NCBI GenBank assembly: GCA_002011235.1 | Contig: MTMO01000044.1 | Coordinates: forward strand, 15,025-79,024 | Reading direction: 5' to 3' | DNA length: 64,000 bases | Origin: Archaeoglobus sp. JdFR-27 | GTDB taxonomy: Archaea; Halobacteriota; Archaeoglobi; Archaeoglobales; Archaeoglobaceae | Part shown: positions 58,597-64,000 of the stretch, piece by piece | How positions within the stretch are numbered: the stretch's first letter is position 1 | Layout of the letters: the number at the start of each line of letters is the position of its first letter | Program-made: the position numbers and the translations under genes | Notes under the pieces: generated by a model | The model's input: only the letters and a program-made list of their open reading frames with translations | Databases searched by the model: none | What the model was told of the DNA's origin: nothing

Positions 58597-58866
58597 TTAG
58601 GACTTCATTAAAGCTGCGAATTCCATCACTTTTTCCATAGATAAAGCTGGATAGACTTCTACTCTTCTAAAGAAAGGAAGCATCGGAGAGAAATAGGCAA
58701 AAACAGACTCTTCACTATCTGCTTCTAGTATGGTAACTCCTTTACCCACAGGAGTTCCGTAGTTTCCAACCAAATTAATTCCCCTTATGGGCCCTCGCTT
58801 CGCCGCGAATTCAGCTAATTCCTTTATCCTCTCGAGAATGCACTCTACAATAGCGACAAACAACAA
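58597..58866 (-). CDS. Small DUF3303-like dimeric alpha/beta-barrel protein
   Basis: 89 aa; 'GKGVTILEADSEESV', 'VEVYPAL'; GGAGGTG RBS. Confidence 0.55.
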   Translation of the reverse strand: MLFVAIVECILERIKELAEFAAKRGPIRGINLVGNYGTPVGKGVTILEADSEESVFAYFSPMLPFFRRVEVYPALSMEKVMEFAALMKS

Positions 58867-58967
58867 GTCTCTACACCTCCCAATTTTTAATAATCAATCG
58901 TGTTGAAAGCTTATAGAAATTTCGGTTCAATCTTTAACTCAACCCCTTAATAAAAAAGCAAAGTTTA

Positions 58968-59043
<76 letters not shown>

Positions 59044-59077
59044 ACAAGATGAATGATAGTTATAGCCACCTCCCAGA

Positions 59078-59091
59078 TTTATAATTTTTTT
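59078..59091 (-). promoter_or_regulatory. BRE/TATA promoter of tRNA-Glu
   Basis: Minus strand AAAAAAA-TTATAAA about 35 nt upstream of the mature 5' end. Confidence 0.55.
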
Positions 59092-59178
59092 GCTGGCCCA
59101 GAAACCTTGGCTTTTAAGCGGTCTAGGATTTTTGCTAGCAAAACAAACCTTTTTATATTTATTTGAAATTGCTAAGGT

Positions 59179-59856
59179 ATGGATTTCAGGGCGCTGATAG
59201 TAACTGAAGAAGAGCCCTACATCTACAGAGAACTCGAAGAAGCTTTGCTATCTATAGATTTCGAGGTTGAGTTTATTTCTGAGCTCAATCCTGATCTTTC
59301 ATGGATAAGTAACTCAGAGTTCAGATACGATGTCTTTTTCCTGCTTAAAGAACCATCTGAAAATGAGATTCCGGCAGTTTCAAGCCTATCGAAAATTAAA
59401 GTGATGTTCATCAAACCCGATTCCTATTCTCTCCATCTAAAATCGAAGAGGTCCAAACACTGGCTGAACGCTAAGGGAATTTTTTTGGAAGATGTTCTTG
59501 AAGTTATAGACGAGTCAAGCAATCTCTCCGATCCGAGTAAGATAATTCTTTCCGCTTCCTCGATGAAATCTCAAGAGTATTTTGAGGATGTGGAGAATAT
59601 AGCTGCATTTAATGCATACCACATATCTGCTGATGGATGGAAAGTGATCCTAAATGGAAATCGGACAACGAGAGCACTTATGGGTGAACTCATCATGAAG
59701 GCGGGTAAGGATGTCAATCTTGCAATAAGGAATGACAATCTTATCGTTTTCTCTTGCGATGTGTTCTCTAATGAGCCAATGAAAGCTGGGGATAATGTGA
59801 AATTCATCCAAAATGCTATTGAGATCATGCTCGAGGGTGCTGATATTGTTGAATAA
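59179..59856 (+). CDS. Hypothetical protein (possible class I GATase-like / DUF4350-like fold)
   Basis: 225-aa open frame; alpha/beta pattern and C-terminal 'LIVFSCDVFSN......DNVKFIQN' are only suggestive. Confidence 0.4.
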   Translation: MDFRALIVTEEEPYIYRELEEALLSIDFEVEFISELNPDLSWISNSEFRYDVFFLLKEPSENEIPAVSSLSKIKVMFIKPDSYSLHLKSKRSKHWLNAKGIFLEDVLEVIDESSNLSDPSKIILSASSMKSQEYFEDVENIAAFNAYHISADGWKVILNGNRTTRALMGELIMKAGKDVNLAIRNDNLIVFSCDVFSNEPMKAGDNVKFIQNAIEIMLEGADIVE

Positions 59857-60047
59857 TTTTGAATAATTCACAGCAGAATTCTAAATACATTCTGGGATCA
59901 CGACTCTGCTCTTTAAGGAAAAATAAACTTGTTTAAAGACTTATAAAGGATTATAAAGCTTTTCTTGCTTTCTTTTATCTCATAATCATCAGTAAGACAA
60001 AAGTATGCTTATAAATTCAGAAACAAAGCTTTTGATCGGTGATGGCG

Positions 60048-61232
60048 ATGAAATGGGTTAAAGTAATTTCGGTAATGCTCGTGTTGATCGTGGCGGGAAT
60101 GGCTGTTGTAGCGGCACAACCCAATTTTGAACATGCACACGCAAAAGAAAAGGCAAAGGAGAAGTATGAAAAGTATAAAGAGGCATGGGAGAGATACAAG
60201 GAGGCCAAGCAAAAATACATCCAGACTCATCAGAAGTATAAAGATTTAAGGAATCAGATGGCTTTTAACCATGCCAAAGGATTTCTGCTCAATGGCTGCA
60301 ACTTTGCCGAGAGATGGCTTGAGAGATTCAGAATTTACATTGAAAACTCAAAAATTGATGACGCGAAGAAGCAAGAACTCCTTTCAGAGATTGGTGAATA
60401 TATTAACACAATTGAGGAAAAGAGAGCCAAAATAAACAATTCCCAGACTCCTGAAGAGCTGAGAGAGGCTGCAAGAGAGATGAGACAGGCATGGAATGAG
60501 ATAAGATTAAATCTTAGAGTAATGGTAGGACAGGTAGCAGCCCTTAAGCTTCAGATTGTTATTCAGAAGGCAGAAGGCGTCGAGGTGAGACTCGAGGAAA
60601 GGATACAGCAGCTTGAGGCTTATGGGCTCGACACCTCAGAACTTGAGGCCATCTTAGATGAATACTCAGATCATCTTCAGAATGCAAACGAGTCAGTAAA
60701 CAGTGCTCTAGCTCTTTGCGAGGAAGGAAAGATTAACAAGGCAAACAAGGAGCTGAGAGAGGCTACCAAAGAAATCAAAGAAGCCTTCAAAGACATAAAG
60801 AAGTTCATACATAGGTGGAGAGAGAAAGCATCTCATGGGAAGATCTTCTTTGGGAATGAAACCGGAGAGGTTTGGGCTCACGGGAATGGAACAGCTAGGT
60901 TAAGCGGTGATGCGATCGTGAACGTTAGAGGAAATGGAACTCTGACCGTTTCACCAATCGATGCAGTAGTTTCTGTAGTCGGCTTCGGGAGTCCAACAAA
61001 AGATGAGACCAACAACACGGTTATCTACGAGGGTGTGGGGAAGGCAATCGTTAGGGGCAAGGATATAACTGTGAGCATAATAGGAGAAAACATAACTCTA
61101 TTCGCTAAAGGGAAGGGCTCACTCTATCTAAATGGTACGGGATATTACAGAGTTAAAAAGCTTCCCGACACACCGATGCAGGAATTCAGCTATAACAATG
61201 AAACAACAGTCTGTATAGGAACAGCATGCTAG
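60048..61232 (+). CDS. Secreted protein with long helical/coiled-coil region and Gly-rich beta C-terminal domain
   Basis: Signal peptide 'MKWVKVISVMLVLIVAGMAVVAA'; GGTGA RBS; nine NxS/T sequons counted by eye. Confidence 0.75.
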   Translation: MKWVKVISVMLVLIVAGMAVVAAQPNFEHAHAKEKAKEKYEKYKEAWERYKEAKQKYIQTHQKYKDLRNQMAFNHAKGFLLNGCNFAERWLERFRIYIENSKIDDAKKQELLSEIGEYINTIEEKRAKINNSQTPEELREAAREMRQAWNEIRLNLRVMVGQVAALKLQIVIQKAEGVEVRLEERIQQLEAYGLDTSELEAILDEYSDHLQNANESVNSALALCEEGKINKANKELREATKEIKEAFKDIKKFIHRWREKASHGKIFFGNETGEVWAHGNGTARLSGDAIVNVRGNGTLTVSPIDAVVSVVGFGSPTKDETNNTVIYEGVGKAIVRGKDITVSIIGENITLFAKGKGSLYLNGTGYYRVKKLPDTPMQEFSYNNETTVCIGTAC

Positions 61233-61291
61233 GATGCTACTGTGAAGTATGCTACATTCTTTTATGATTTATATGGATGTTAGGTGATAAA

Positions 61292-61657
61292 ATGAAATCG
61301 AAGAGGAAAGTGAGTAAAATAGGTAGGATGAGTAGAATAAATGGAAAGCTTTGCTTGATTTTTATTCTAATACTTTTGGCAGCTCTAACAATGGGCTGTA
61401 CTAAAAAAATAGAAAAAACTGAGACACCAGGAGAAACAACTCAAGTACCTCAACAAACCCAGCAACCTCAGCAAACTCAACAGACTCAGCAAACTCAACA
61501 AACCCAGCAAACTCAACAAACCCAGCAAACAATCCCAGAACTCGGGGGAAATGAAACTCTTGGTGATTTGGCAAATCTCACGGACGACATAAATGAGATC
61601 GAGCAGTTAATGAATGAATTAAACGACTTAGAATCCCTTAATTTTGAGATTAGTTAA
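61292..61657 (+). CDS. Lipoprotein with Gln/Thr-rich repeat linker
   Basis: GGTGA RBS, basic N-region, hydrophobic core, lipobox 'LTMGC', (QQT)n linker, acidic amphipathic C-terminal helix. Confidence 0.75.
   Translation: MKSKRKVSKIGRMSRINGKLCLIFILILLAALTMGCTKKIEKTETPGETTQVPQQTQQPQQTQQTQQTQQTQQTQQTQQTIPELGGNETLGDLANLTDDINEIEQLMNELNDLESLNFEIS
61451..61531 (+). repeat. Nine tandem 9-bp units (CA[A/G]CA[A/G][A/C]C[T/C/A]) encoding QQT/QQP
   Basis: Units read directly: caacaaacc cagcaacct cagcaaact caacagact cagcaaact caacaaacc cagcaaact caacaaacc cagcaaaca. Confidence 0.95.
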
Positions 61658-61697
61658 TGGGAAGAAAGTTTTTTAATCTCTCTTTTTCAATCCTTTT

Positions 61698-62204
61698 ATG
61701 AAATTTCTTAAGGTTCTGTTTTTGCTTGAAAATGATTTTGAAGATCTCGAATTTTTTTATCCATTCTATCGACTCGAAGAGGAAAGCATAGAAGTGCTTG
61801 TTGCATCTTCAGACAGGGAAACAAAAACCGGAAAGCATGGTTACACTGTAAATCCAGATTTGACTTATTTGGAAGTCATTCCTGAGGAGTTCTCAGCACT
61901 AATCGTACCGGGGGGTAGATCTCCGGAGAGAGTTAGAATCAATGAAGAAGCCGTAAAAATTGTAAGGGAATTTTCAGACAGAATCATTGCAGCCATTTGT
62001 CATGGCCCTCAGCTCTTGGTGTCGGCAGGACTTGTGAAAGGTTTAAGGCTTACTGCCTGGATTGGAATTCGTGATGATCTTATTGCCGCCGGTGGCGTTT
62101 ATGAGGACAAAGAAGTGGTTGTTGATGGTAATATTATAACATCGAGAATGCCCGATGATCTCCCTGTATTCTGCAGAGAAATCATTGAGAAATTGAAACA
62201 TTAG
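61698..62204 (+). CDS. pfpI: PfpI/DJ-1 family protein
   Basis: 'FEDLEFFYP', 'GKHGY', 'VPGGRSPE', 'AICHGPQLL', 'ITSRMPDDLP'. Confidence 0.93.
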   Translation: MKFLKVLFLLENDFEDLEFFYPFYRLEEESIEVLVASSDRETKTGKHGYTVNPDLTYLEVIPEEFSALIVPGGRSPERVRINEEAVKIVREFSDRIIAAICHGPQLLVSAGLVKGLRLTAWIGIRDDLIAAGGVYEDKEVVVDGNIITSRMPDDLPVFCREIIEKLKH

Positions 62205-62329
62205 TGTAAACTTAATTAAAATTCAATTTAAAATCCAATTAGAACCCAATTGGCTTTACATCTATTTGGTTTTGAATTTCCATAAAAATGAGAGAAAAAT
62301 TTATTTGATCTGGTAGATTTCTAGAAGAC

Positions 62330-62965
62330 ATGGGACTCACAAATTTCAGAGTTATCATCGAAAACAAGCTTGCAGGGATGGGATATCCTGACGAGGAGGC
62401 TCTCACTCAACTCAAAGAAATGGGATATAAGGGTATATTGACCTTAACAGAGAGGCCACTTGATTTTGAGGAAATCAAACATTTCGAGTATTTCCACATC
62501 CCACTTTCCGAATTTAAGCCCCCATATCTCGATCAGATGGCAGATGCCGTTCATTTTATAGATTCTGTTAATGGGCCAGTAGCTGTGCACTGCCAGTTTG
62601 GCAAAAGCAAGACAGGATGCATTCTGGGGGCTTACATGATCTACAAGCTCAATCTTTCTGCCGATGAAGTTACAAAAAGACTAAAAAACATTTTCAACAG
62701 TTACATCGAACTTTCGGAACAGGTTGAGGCACTTAGAGATTTTGAGAGATTCCTGAAGACCAAAGCGTTTTTCGAGGAGGAGTGTAAGGGCAAGATTAAG
62801 ATAAAAAAAGATCATAACATCGTAGAAGAATGCATTAATCGTCTAAAAGTATGTATTTATGAGGATGGGGCTGAAATCGTTGTAAAAACGAGAGACGGTG
62901 AAATATCACTCAGATTTGAGGGGGAAGCTGGTAAAAAGATGATTAAATCTATCTGTTATATATAA
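62330..62965 (+). CDS. Dual-specificity protein phosphatase fold with variant P-loop (CX5K)
   Basis: 'LAGMGYP', 'ILTLTE', 'VAVHCQFGKSKTG'; extra C-terminal domain. Confidence 0.8.
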   Translation: MGLTNFRVIIENKLAGMGYPDEEALTQLKEMGYKGILTLTERPLDFEEIKHFEYFHIPLSEFKPPYLDQMADAVHFIDSVNGPVAVHCQFGKSKTGCILGAYMIYKLNLSADEVTKRLKNIFNSYIELSEQVEALRDFERFLKTKAFFEEECKGKIKIKKDHNIVEECINRLKVCIYEDGAEIVVKTRDGEISLRFEGEAGKKMIKSICYI

Positions 62966-63006
62966 CCTAATTTAAGGAGCAGTTTTTACATTTACATTAA
63001 CTTACA

Positions 63007-63276
63007 TTAATCGCCGTTTTTACTTGTATTTTCTTTTAAAATCATCCCAACCTCTTCTCCGATCTCTATCCAAGCCCAAGCCCATATCACACATTCAAAT
63101 GCTCTAATCAGATCTTTATTCTCAAGAAAATACTTGGAATCCTTAATGTAGGCCTCTATGTTCTTTATAAACCTGGAGTCGGAAGCTGTTTTTACCTTTG
63201 AGAATTCATCCTCGGCTCTTTTAATCCACTTCAAAGTTTCCCCAAGAAGTTTCTTTTCTAGATCATTACCCATCAT
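63007..63276 (-). CDS. DUF357 family protein
   Basis: 'AYIKDSKYFLE..D...AFECV.WAWAWIE'. Confidence 0.85.
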   Translation of the reverse strand: MMGNDLEKKLLGETLKWIKRAEDEFSKVKTASDSRFIKNIEAYIKDSKYFLENKDLIRAFECVIWAWAWIEIGEEVGMILKENTSKNGD

Positions 63277-63303
63277 ACCAGCATGAAGGCTTTAGACTGC
63301 CAC

Positions 63304-64000
63304 TTAAATTTTTCTGACTATAAGTGTGAGTCCCTCCCTATCCACGACTCTGAATTCATCATCCTTTTTGAGTTCATCAGAGCTTTTTATTTTCCATAGC
63401 TCTCCTCTAACCCTCCCGATTCCCTCTCCAGCCTCAAACTTCACAACCTTCCCCCTCTGATTGATAATGGCTTCTCCTCCAACTTTTTTCCTCTGCTTCT
63501 TCAGCTGAACGACCTTGATTAGGATGAAGGTCATCAAAGCCCCAAGTCCGATACCCAAGCCAATGATAAAGGTCCTAAAGGATTGGTAAAAGGCCTGAGG
63601 CATCAGAGGTTCATCAATCAGCATTAAAGCGCCAAGAGTTATACATACAACTGATGCAGAACCAAGAATACCGTAAGTTGGGGTGAGCAATTCTGCAGCG
63701 AGAAACGCTATTCCCAGTAAGATTAAAAGAATTCCAAGGGTATTGATTCCTATCGCTCCAAAACCAAAAAGTGCAAGAACTAGACATATCACACCCACTG
63801 TCTCAGGGAGAATCCCAGGAGAGGTTAAACCGAAAATAAGACCATAAATTCCAATTAAAAAGAGAACTGTGGCGATTTGAGGGTTCGATATGAAATCAAA
63901 AATCTTTGCTTGCAGGGGCTTCTTAACTACCACTATTTTGTTATCTAAATGAAGGATTTTACCATTAATCTCAATCTTTTCAGAATTGATTTTTCTTATC
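63304..64000 (-). CDS. NfeD family membrane protein (C-terminal part; 5' end beyond window)
   Basis: 'ISNPQIATVL..IG.YGL', 'AELLTP..G', C-terminal OB domain 'RVRGELWK'; frame is open to base 64000. Confidence 0.9.
   Translation of the reverse strand, partial: IRKINSEKIEINGKILHLDNKIVVVKKPLQAKIFDFISNPQIATVLFLIGIYGLIFGLTSPGILPETVGVICLVLALFGFGAIGINTLGILLILLGIAFLAAELLTPTYGILGSASVVCITLGALMLIDEPLMPQAFYQSFRTFIIGLGIGLGALMTFILIKVVQLKKQRKKVGGEAIINQRGKVVKFEAGEGIGRVRGELWKIKSSDELKKDDEFRVVDREGLTLIVRKI

Overview
Archaeal chromosomal segment, most consistent with an Archaeoglobi-type euryarchaeon. This is inferred from gene content: cofD, radB, KEOPS pcc1, a DHH nuclease, CDC48, a W-type AOR, AglB, GGTGA RBS motifs and probable leaderless TATA promoters. 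Most of the window is metabolic core: a beta-oxidation cluster (acyl-CoA dehydrogenase, thiolase/DUF35, HAD-ECH fusion, EtfBA), a FadH-like reductase, AOR with a MoaD/SAMP protein, and a methylmalonyl-CoA operon that contains a 43-aa gene missed by the ORF track. From about 40.8 to 56.4 kb there is a surface-glycosylation locus ending in aglB. It holds a Wzx flippase, a UDP-sulfoquinovose synthase-like gene with two further SDR epimerases and a divergent TrmB, and an AT-rich cassette of glycan-modifying enzymes; a HEPN-MNT pair borders it. Other accessory DNA: a transglutaminase-like gene, VapBC, a GH-A clan lipoprotein next to a frameshifted Fe-S gene, and a decayed zone at the 3' end of tRNA-Glu(CUC). 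The best candidates for undescribed biology are the sulfosugar N-glycan locus and an uncharacterised pair made of a secreted, sequon-rich helical protein and a QQT-repeat lipoprotein (60.0-61.7 kb). I found no CRISPR array, rRNA, integrase or transposase. All calls come from motif recognition by eye; no database searches were run.
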